DNA from: an uncultured Gammaproteobacteria bacterium
GTDB taxonomy: Bacteria > Patescibacteriota > Patescibacteriia > Veblenbacterales > UBA10138
Reading direction: 5' to 3'
DNA length: 64,000 nucleotides
NCBI GenBank assembly: GCA_964566145.1
Contig: CAZMHN010000001.1
Span: 16,945-80,944, forward strand
In this document: one piece after another, positions 56,789 through 64,000 of the stretch
Layout of the letters: every line of letters begins with the position of its first letter
How positions within the stretch are numbered: the first letter of the stretch is position 1
The notes under the pieces: generated by a model
What the model was told of the DNA's origin: nothing
The model's database searches: none
The model's input: only the letters and a program-made list of their open reading frames with translations
Program-made: the position numbers and the translations under genes

Positions 56789-57421
56789 CTAGGAGCGTAG
56801 CATGCGCTCCAGCTTCCGGCGAGGAATCGCTCCGTCGCGCAACACCGTGAGCCGGGCGCGCTCCACCTTCACGACTGTGGATGTCGGCCGCCGCCTGAGC
56901 TTGCCGCCGTCCACCATGTAACTCAAGCCGCGCCGGACCAATGCCCGCGTGACTTGCGCCGCGGAATACGGCGTAGATTTCCCGGTGACGTTCGCGGACG
57001 TAGCTACGAGCGGCCCGCCGGCCCCCCGTGCCAATTTACGAAGCCAGACACTGCCAGGAATGCGGATGCCCACTGTGCCGTCAGCGGCGCGCACTGCCTT
57101 GAGCAGTTTGCCATTGGCTGTAAGTACGAGCGTTAACGGACCAGGCCAGAACCTCCTGGCCAGTCCGGCTTCGACCGTATTCATACGGCAGTATTTGCGC
57201 ACCATGTTCATGTCCGAAGCCACCAAAGGCATGGCTTTGGGGTCGCGCCGACCCTTTAGCCGCGCCACAGCCCGCACTGCGCTTGCATTCGCGGCATCGG
57301 CAAACAGGCCGTACGCCGTTTCGGACGGCCCTGCCACCACCTTGCCTGCTTTCAGCACGGCAACCACTGCGGCCAGGCTCCGATTCGTACGGGGATATAC
57401 GGTTATGGTACGGTTGCTCAC
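56789..57421 (-). CDS. tsaC: L-threonylcarbamoyladenylate synthase (TsaC/Sua5 family)
   Basis: PSETAYGL, LKGR, FWPGPLTLV, VGIRIP, ATSANVTG, PTSTVV. Confidence 0.93.
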   Translation of the reverse strand: MSNRTITVYPRTNRSLAAVVAVLKAGKVVAGPSETAYGLFADAANASAVRAVARLKGRRDPKAMPLVASDMNMVRKYCRMNTVEAGLARRFWPGPLTLVLTANGKLLKAVRAADGTVGIRIPGSVWLRKLARGAGGPLVATSANVTGKSTPYSAAQVTRALVRRGLSYMVDGGKLRRRPTSTVVKVERARLTVLRDGAIPRRKLERMLRS

Positions 57422-60282
57422 GAAACCACGAAATTCACCAATCTTCCCGGAACATACACTGTCCGCACGGTCTGCTTGCCAGCTATGTGCCTGGTTACTC
57501 CTGCTTCCGCTCGCGCCGCTGTAACCACCTCGCTCTCGGAAGCGCCGGACGGTACCTGCACCGAACCCCTGACCTTGCCGTTCACCTGCACGGTCACGGT
57601 CACTGAATCCTCCTTGAGTGCGGCTTCGTCATAGTCTGGCCAACCTTGCTCCCACACCTGTCCGCCGAATTTCAATCGCCCCCACAGTTCGCTCGTAACG
57701 TGCGGCGCGAACGGATACAGAAGCAACAGCAGTTTGCGGTAGGCCTCCGCTTTCGCCTGCATCTTAACCTCGCGCATTTGCGAGAGCGCATTGGTGAGTT
57801 CCATCATGGAAGCTATTGACGTATTCAAATTCAATTGCTCAATGCCCTCCGTTACTTTCTTTGTTACGCGCGCCGTTTCGCGCGACAGGAACTTAGCCTG
57901 TTCCGGAGAGCCGGCTCCCCCGCCTTCCATAATGGTCTCTGACAAAAACCAGACCCTTTCCAAGAACCTGCGCACGCCGATGATGGAAGACGTGTTCCAC
58001 GGCTTGGCGTCTTCCAATGGCCCCATGAACATTTCGTACAGCCTTAGTGTGTCGGCGCCGTGCTCTTTCACGATTTCATCCGGGTTCACCACATTGCCGC
58101 GGGACTTGGACATCTTCTGCCCGTCCTCGCCCAGAATAAGCCCCTGGTTCCTGAGTTTCAGGAACGGCTCTCCGAACTCCACATACTTAGCGTCTTGCAA
58201 AAACTTGGTAAAGAACCTGGCATATAAAAGGTGTAACACCGCGTGCTCGGCCCCACCCACGTACAGGTTCACGGGACACCACGAGCTCACTTTTTTCTTA
58301 TCGAACGCTTCCTGCTCGTTCTTCGGGTCGCAGTACCTAAGGAAGTACCAGGAAGAATCCACGAACGTGTCCATGGTGTCGCTTTCCCGCCGCGCGGCCT
58401 TGCCGCACGTGGGGCACGTCACATTGTGGAAAATCTTTGAACGCTGAAGCGGTGATTCGCCCTGCGGCCTGAAATCCACGTCCTCGGGCAACGCCACGGG
58501 TAAATCTTTTTCCCGGACCGGCACTTCGCCGCACGTTTCACAGTAGATGATAGGTATGGGGGCTCCCCAGTACCTCTGGCGCGAAATTAGCCAATCACGC
58601 AGACGGTATTGGGTCTTAAGCTCAGCACCTATATATTTGGCGATGGCCGGAATGGCCGCGGCCGAATCCATGCCAGAGAACTTACCCGATTGCGCCAAAA
58701 TGCCCTCACCTGTATAAAAGGTTTCTCCGTTCTGCAACACTGACCACAAGTACCGATGCGGTTCCGGTAGCTTGAACCTATTCATCTCTTCTTGGGTAAG
58801 CCACACTACGTCATGCATCTCACCCTCGCCTTGCGCAAGGTCCTGGCGAGCGTCATTTTCAAGCTGAAAGAAAAAGTTATGGAAGTGCGCAAAGCGATTC
58901 TCATTCTTCGGCACATGAAAGAACCTGCTGTGTTCCATGCCGAATGTTTGCACCAGTTTGGGATTGAGGTATCCGGTCTCCTCTATTATCTCCGCCTTGG
59001 CCGCCTGCTCAGGTGTTTGGCCTGCTTCCACTCCGCCGGTTATAAACGTGTCCCAATCCACTTTCTTCCATTTGAGCCCTATGTACTTATCCTCTGACCA
59101 ATGTTTGACGATGGCGGTGATGGCCTGACGCTCAACGAAAGGCAAGCCCTGACGCACCGCGCCCGGTTCGGTCTTCTGGACAAAACAAGGCTCAATCACC
59201 TGGCGTATGGCCAATCCGAACTTTTTGGCGAACTCGAAATCCCTTTCGTCGTGCGCCGGCACGGCCATGATGGCGCCGGTGCCGTACGAAGTGAGAACGT
59301 AATCAGCGATGAACACCGGGACATGCTCATGGTTGGCTGGGTTCACGGCTTCTACCCCTTCGAGCCTGACGCCTGTCTTGCTCTTTTCCTCGACTTTGCG
59401 CTCGAGCTCGGTTTTCTTCTCCGATTGCTCCGCGTACGCCTGCACCTCCGGCCAGTTGGTTATTTTGTCCTTCAGCTTACGAACCAACTCGTGCTCCGGC
59501 GCCAGCACCATGTAGGTGGCGCCGAAAATAGTATCCAGGCGCGTGGTGAAGATACGCACCTTGTGCTCGCTACCCGCGATTGGGAAATCCACTTCGGCGC
59601 CCTCGCTCTTCCCGATCCAGTTCGCCTGCATGTCCATGATGGGCTTGGGCCAGTCCAGTCCCTTGAGCTCATCCAGCAAACGCTCGGCGTAGGCCGTGGT
59701 CTTGAAGAACCACTGTTTCATGTTCCGCTGTTCCACATTGCTGTGACAGCGCTCGCATTCCCCGTTCACCACCTGTTCGTTCGCCAGCACTGTCTGGCAC
59801 GAAGGACACCAATTGACCGGCGCTTCTTTGCGATAGGCCAAGCCCTTCTCATACAGTTTCAGGAAAAGCCATTGCGTCCAGCGGTAGTACGCCGGGTCAG
59901 CCGTATTCACCTCCCTGGACCAATCATAGGAAAACCCCAGCGATTGTATCTGCCTGCGGAAGTTGTCTATGTTCTCCCAGGTGACCTCCTTGGGGTGGCG
60001 TCCGGTCTTGATGGCATAGTTCTCGGCCGGGAGCCCGAACGCGTCCCACCCCATGGGGTGGAGCACGTTCACGCCCTTCATCCGGAGGTAGCGGCAGTAG
60101 ATGTCGGTCGCAGTGTAGCCTTCGGGGTGCCCCACGTGCAAACCCTGGGCCGAAGGGTACGGGAACATGTCGAGCACGTACGCCCGCTCACCTTTGGCCT
60201 TGTCGTCTGCCGCGAACGTGACGCTGTTACGCCAGTATTCCTGCCACTTCCACTCTAACTTTTTATGATCGTATGGTTCCAT
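57418..60282 (-). CDS. leuS: Leucine--tRNA ligase with a Nudix-domain insertion
   Basis: MFPYPS..GLHVGH, GTGAIMAVPAHDERD, DWLISRQRYWG, KMSKS, VQVNGKVR. Confidence 0.98.
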   Translation of the reverse strand: MEPYDHKKLEWKWQEYWRNSVTFAADDKAKGERAYVLDMFPYPSAQGLHVGHPEGYTATDIYCRYLRMKGVNVLHPMGWDAFGLPAENYAIKTGRHPKEVTWENIDNFRRQIQSLGFSYDWSREVNTADPAYYRWTQWLFLKLYEKGLAYRKEAPVNWCPSCQTVLANEQVVNGECERCHSNVEQRNMKQWFFKTTAYAERLLDELKGLDWPKPIMDMQANWIGKSEGAEVDFPIAGSEHKVRIFTTRLDTIFGATYMVLAPEHELVRKLKDKITNWPEVQAYAEQSEKKTELERKVEEKSKTGVRLEGVEAVNPANHEHVPVFIADYVLTSYGTGAIMAVPAHDERDFEFAKKFGLAIRQVIEPCFVQKTEPGAVRQGLPFVERQAITAIVKHWSEDKYIGLKWKKVDWDTFITGGVEAGQTPEQAAKAEIIEETGYLNPKLVQTFGMEHSRFFHVPKNENRFAHFHNFFFQLENDARQDLAQGEGEMHDVVWLTQEEMNRFKLPEPHRYLWSVLQNGETFYTGEGILAQSGKFSGMDSAAAIPAIAKYIGAELKTQYRLRDWLISRQRYWGAPIPIIYCETCGEVPVREKDLPVALPEDVDFRPQGESPLQRSKIFHNVTCPTCGKAARRESDTMDTFVDSSWYFLRYCDPKNEQEAFDKKKVSSWCPVNLYVGGAEHAVLHLLYARFFTKFLQDAKYVEFGEPFLKLRNQGLILGEDGQKMSKSRGNVVNPDEIVKEHGADTLRLYEMFMGPLEDAKPWNTSSIIGVRRFLERVWFLSETIMEGGGAGSPEQAKFLSRETARVTKKVTEGIEQLNLNTSIASMMELTNALSQMREVKMQAKAEAYRKLLLLLYPFAPHVTSELWGRLKFGGQVWEQGWPDYDEAALKEDSVTVTVQVNGKVRGSVQVPSGASESEVVTAARAEAGVTRHIAGKQTVRTVYVPGRLVNFVVS

Positions 60283-60424
60283 AGGTACGAAAAATCGGGG
60301 CTACTCCCCTCCCCGTATGCTAGCACCGACGGTATACTTACTACAACCGCTTAGGACGATTGACCATGACACCTGTGAATGGTAGCCTTAGAAACGCTTT
60401 TCTGATGCCGGAAGGCCGCGTGAC

Positions 60425-61762
60425 TTGAAGCTCGAACGCATAAGAAACCAGACTATTCGCAAACCGCTTCCCATTCCTTTGGTACGCCTATTGCTCGCCG
60501 CCGTACGCGGCGGCAAATGGCTGTGGTCGCGGGTTACCCTGACGGGAGGCCTGGCGGGACGCTTACTGGCGCCCGTTGCCGGCCTGTTCTTCCATGTATT
60601 CGTCGTCCGCCCCTACGGCGTATACGTACGCATGCGCCGAGGTGTGCAACACCTTGCGGGCACTACTTCGGCGTCGCAACTCTTGAGGCACCACCAGAGC
60701 ATCTTGTACCTGGTGGTGGCCGCGGCCGCCGTTGTCAGCCTGAACAGCTGGCGCGTCAGTCAGGCCGCGGCCGAGGACTTCGGCCAGCACAACCTGCTCT
60801 TCCCGCTTATCAAGCAGGACTTCGAACTTCTGGTTACCGAAAGCGGCTCCTATCTCCCGCCTGACGGAACTACGGACACGACCGGAACGACCCAGGACGA
60901 AGCGGCCGAGACCCTGCCCACGACCGTGCCGGTCACCGTGGCGAGCGGCGGTGCCTCGGTCTTGAAGCCGTACCTAGTCACCTCGCTTCCGGGCACGGCG
61001 GCCAGAACGCGAGTGGAAACGTACCGGGTGGAATCCGGAGATACCGTAACCGGCATCGCCCAGCGCTTCGGACTGAACATCACCACCATCTTGTGGGCCA
61101 ACAACCTGTCAGCTTACAGCCTCCTGCGCATTGGACAGGAACTGGCCATACCGCCGGTCAACGGAGTTCTGCACAAGATCGCGAAGGGCGATACGGTGAA
61201 CAAGATAGCCTCGCGCTACCGGGCTAATACCGCGGACATACTTGCCTTCAACCAGGTAGACGAGGCTGACGAACTCAAGGTGGGCGATCAGCTGGTAGTG
61301 CCGGGCGGCAGGCCGCCCGCGGCTGTGCCGACTCCGCGGCCGTCAACGTCGGGCACCCCATCTGCGCCGGACACGCGCGGCCCGGCCTTCGCCGGAGGCA
61401 AGCTCCTGTGGCCCACGGCCGCCAAACGCATCACCCAGTACTACACCTGGCGCCACACCGGCGTCGATATCGCCGACAAGACCGGTACGCCTATCTACGC
61501 CGCCGAAGACGGAGTGGTGGCCAAAGCCATGGGCTCCGGATACAACGGCGGTTACGGCAAATACGTTATTATCGACCACGGCAACGGACTGACCACGCTC
61601 TACGGCCACGCGTCCAAGCTCTACGTTTCGGTCGGCGACCGGGTGGAGCGCGGCCAGCAGATAGCCGACATCGGAAACACGGGCCGCTCCACCGGGCCGC
61701 ACCTGCACTTCGAGGTGCGCATAAGCAGCCGCCGCGTAAACCCCCTGAGCTACATCCGCTAA
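60425..61762 (+). CDS. LysM x2 plus M23 peptidase (peptidoglycan endopeptidase)
   Basis: YRVESGDTVTGIAQRFG, HKIAKGDTV, HTGVDIA, YGH, STGPHLHFEV; the start is uncertain. Confidence 0.93.
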   Translation: MKLERIRNQTIRKPLPIPLVRLLLAAVRGGKWLWSRVTLTGGLAGRLLAPVAGLFFHVFVVRPYGVYVRMRRGVQHLAGTTSASQLLRHHQSILYLVVAAAAVVSLNSWRVSQAAAEDFGQHNLLFPLIKQDFELLVTESGSYLPPDGTTDTTGTTQDEAAETLPTTVPVTVASGGASVLKPYLVTSLPGTAARTRVETYRVESGDTVTGIAQRFGLNITTILWANNLSAYSLLRIGQELAIPPVNGVLHKIAKGDTVNKIASRYRANTADILAFNQVDEADELKVGDQLVVPGGRPPAAVPTPRPSTSGTPSAPDTRGPAFAGGKLLWPTAAKRITQYYTWRHTGVDIADKTGTPIYAAEDGVVAKAMGSGYNGGYGKYVIIDHGNGLTTLYGHASKLYVSVGDRVERGQQIADIGNTGRSTGPHLHFEVRISSRRVNPLSYIR

Positions 61763-63276
61763 CCCTCGCTTACGCGCGGCCGGTATTGGAGCGCTTCAGC
61801 CACGTGCGTAACAATGACGTCATCCGCACCTGCTAGATCGGCTATGGTGCGCGCGATTTTCAGTACGCGGTGGTACACGCGCGCGGACAAATGGTACTGG
61901 TTCACGGCCTGGCGCAACAGCTCCGTGGCGGCCTCGGGCAGTACCACGTGGCTCTTGAGGTCCAGTGCGTGCATGGCCGCGTTGAGGCGCGGCCCGCCGA
62001 ACCGCGAGCGCTGACGTTCCCGAGCCGCCACTACCCGCTCCCGTACGGCGCCGGAAGGCTCGCCTCCTGAACCCTGCAACTTCTCGAACGGCAGACGGGG
62101 AACGTGCACATGCAGATCGAAACGATCGAGGAGCGGACCCGAAAGCTTGCGCTGATATCTGTACACCATGCCGGGGGTGCAAGTACAAGGACGCACCGGG
62201 TCGCCGGCAAATCCGCACGGGCACGGGTTCATAGCGCCCACCAGTATGAACCGCGCCGGATAGGAAAGCGTGGCCGCCGCACGGGCCACCGTGATGACGC
62301 CGTCCTCCAGCGGCTGACGCAGGCTTTCCAGAACCCCGCGCGGAAATTCTGCCAGCTCATCCATGAACAGAACTCCCCGGTGCGCCAGGCTGATTTCCCC
62401 CGGCCGCGGATTCGAACCTCCGCCCACGAGCGAAACCTCGGAAGCAGTATGGTGCGGGGAACGGAACGGACGCTCCCGCACCAAGGGCTGTTCGGACGAA
62501 AGCAGTCCGGCGACGCTGTAGAGCTCGGTTACTTCCAACACTTCATCCCGCGACAACGAAGGCAGCAACGAAGCCAATGCGCGGGCCAGCAGCGTCTTAC
62601 CGCTCCCCGGCGGACCGGACATAAGCAGGTTATGACCGCCGGCGGCCGCTATCTCAAGCGCGCGCTTGGCATGCTCCTGGCCTTGGATGTGTGCAAGGTC
62701 ATGTTCGGGCATGCCCACCCCCGCTTCCGGCAACGGCGTAGCCGACACGGGCGTCAGAGGGATGCGGCCTGTCAAGTGTTCAAGGAGCTCTTTCAGATCA
62801 TGAGGCGCGTACACCGAAAGGCCTTCGACCAGCGCCGCTTCGGCCGCATTGTCATTAGGCACGTAGAGCTCCCGGAATCCCAAGCGCCTGGCCGCACGGG
62901 CCGCCACTAGCACGCCCGGCACCGGCCGCAAGCTTCCTTCAAGCGAAAGCTCGCCCAAAAACAATGCCTTGGACCAATCGGCGGGCGAACGCAGCTGCCG
63001 GCTGGCCAAAAGCAGTGCCAGGGCTATGGGCAGGTCGTAAGCCGAGCCCTCTTTCTTGAGATCGGCCGGCGCCAGATTCACTGTAACCTTGGTGCGCGGA
63101 AACTCACAATCAGAGTTTTTGAGGGCGGCGCGCACGCGCTCCCTGGCCTCTTCCACGGCCTTATCCGGAAGCCCAACGATGAATATGCCCGGCAACTGCG
63201 AAGATACGTCGGCCTCAACCTCGATGGGAATACCATGAAGGCCGAACACGCCGCACGTCATGACCTTGGCAGACAT
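61759..63276 (-). CDS. comM: YifB/ComM Mg-chelatase-family AAA+ ATPase
   Basis: VNLAPADLKKEGSAYDLPIA, GPPGSGKT, RSPHHTAS, PGEISLAHRGVLFMDE, AMNPCPCG; start placed at MSAK (63276). Confidence 0.95.
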   Translation of the reverse strand: MSAKVMTCGVFGLHGIPIEVEADVSSQLPGIFIVGLPDKAVEEARERVRAALKNSDCEFPRTKVTVNLAPADLKKEGSAYDLPIALALLLASRQLRSPADWSKALFLGELSLEGSLRPVPGVLVAARAARRLGFRELYVPNDNAAEAALVEGLSVYAPHDLKELLEHLTGRIPLTPVSATPLPEAGVGMPEHDLAHIQGQEHAKRALEIAAAGGHNLLMSGPPGSGKTLLARALASLLPSLSRDEVLEVTELYSVAGLLSSEQPLVRERPFRSPHHTASEVSLVGGGSNPRPGEISLAHRGVLFMDELAEFPRGVLESLRQPLEDGVITVARAAATLSYPARFILVGAMNPCPCGFAGDPVRPCTCTPGMVYRYQRKLSGPLLDRFDLHVHVPRLPFEKLQGSGGEPSGAVRERVVAARERQRSRFGGPRLNAAMHALDLKSHVVLPEAATELLRQAVNQYHLSARVYHRVLKIARTIADLAGADDVIVTHVAEALQYRPRVSEG

Positions 63277-63326
63277 ACCAATACAAACCCCTCGCTCTGA
63301 ATTGTACTCGCGGCCGCGGATATCCG

Positions 63327-63788
63327 CTATGGCCGGCCTGGGCGCCGCGAAGCCGCCCAGGCGACCGCTACACCGATCAACAGGTACGCGTCCGCCAGAT
63401 TGAAGGTGAGCCCGCCTGCGAAATAGAACACGTCCGCGACGCCGCCGCGCCACAGCCGGTCGAGCAGATTGCTAACGCCGCCCACGAACATGAGTGCAAG
63501 GCCGAAGGCAACGGCCGGATTGCCGCGCTCCCAGCTCCGTAAGATCAGATGCACGATGAGCGCGGCGGCGACAACCCCCGCCGCAAGCAGCAGCGCAGGC
63601 GGGAACGGGAGGCTGAACGGACCTTGTGCGTTCAGATGATACGACAAAGAAAACCATCCGGAATCCGGAGATGCCTGGCGCACGTACCACTTGAGCGCGC
63701 GGTCCAGCACGAACAACGCGACAGGAATCGCGCCGTACCGCCACGCCTGAATTCGGCCTAAGCCCGCTGAAGCCGCTCCGTCTTGCAC
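63327..63788 (-). CDS. lspA: Lipoprotein signal peptidase II
   Basis: LDRALK, GGVSNLLDRL, GVADVF, FNLADAY; start uncertain (GTG at 63788 chosen). Confidence 0.8.
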   Translation of the reverse strand: MQDGAASAGLGRIQAWRYGAIPVALFVLDRALKWYVRQASPDSGWFSLSYHLNAQGPFSLPFPPALLLAAGVVAAALIVHLILRSWERGNPAVAFGLALMFVGGVSNLLDRLWRGGVADVFYFAGGLTFNLADAYLLIGVAVAWAASRRPGRP

Positions 63789-64000
63789 TTCACGCACGAG
63801 CTGGACTCCGGGCGCGCTCGCAGACGCCGCTTGTCTATTTCCTCGCCGCAGTACCGGCACACGCCGTACGTTCCCTTGGCTATCCGCTCCAGGGACTTGT
63901 TCACGTCGTCGAGCGTACCCTCAAGCGTATGCTCCAGCGCCAGGTTGTCGGTGAAGGTTGCGACCTCGGTGGCGTTGTCGTCTTCTTTGTCCCCGAACTC
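63758..64000 (-). CDS. TraR/DksA-family C4 zinc-finger protein, 3' part
   Basis: Manual translation: EFGDKEDDNATEVA...SLERIAKGTYGVCRYCGEEIDKRRLRARPESSSCVKCKTERLQRA*. Confidence 0.92.
   Translation of the reverse strand, partial: EFGDKEDDNATEVATFTDNLALEHTLEGTLDDVNKSLERIAKGTYGVCRYCGEEIDKRRLRARPESSSCVKCKTERLQRA

Overview
High-GC bacterial chromosomal segment using the standard code (TGA, TAG and TAA all end core genes). Gene content points to a Patescibacteria/CPR (Parcubacteria-like) organism (inference): secG next to a stand-alone membrane-anchored OppA-like protein, tRNA-Arg(GCG), PpsA plus a D-lactate-type dehydrogenase, a Nudix-inserted LeuS, and few Shine-Dalgarno sites on core genes. About 60% of the window is housekeeping: ppsA, groES/groEL with a perfect CIRCE, uvrA, uvrC, pcrA/uvrD, secG, rnj, trpS, murI, a phosphomannomutase, glyA, folD, recG, radA, rsmA, tsaC, leuS, comM, lspA, a dksA/traR-family gene and two tRNAs. 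The main feature is a ~24 kb minus-strand locus (30402-54553) between radA and rsmA. It encodes a minimal monoderm-type T4SS-like core (extended VirB6-like protein, PrgI/VirB3-like protein, split VirB4, putative VirB8-like protein), a DsbA, an anchored beta-propeller and a 2826-aa Cys-rich surface protein. It also encodes two modular pilin-like proteins that share a 90%-identical DNA cassette but carry different C-terminal domains, one an M15 peptidoglycan peptidase. I recognised no relaxase, coupling protein or integrase in the window. Other observations are a candidate rod-shaped ncRNA after recG and several small orphan genes with their own promoter, SD and terminator. All family assignments come from motif recognition by eye, not database searches.
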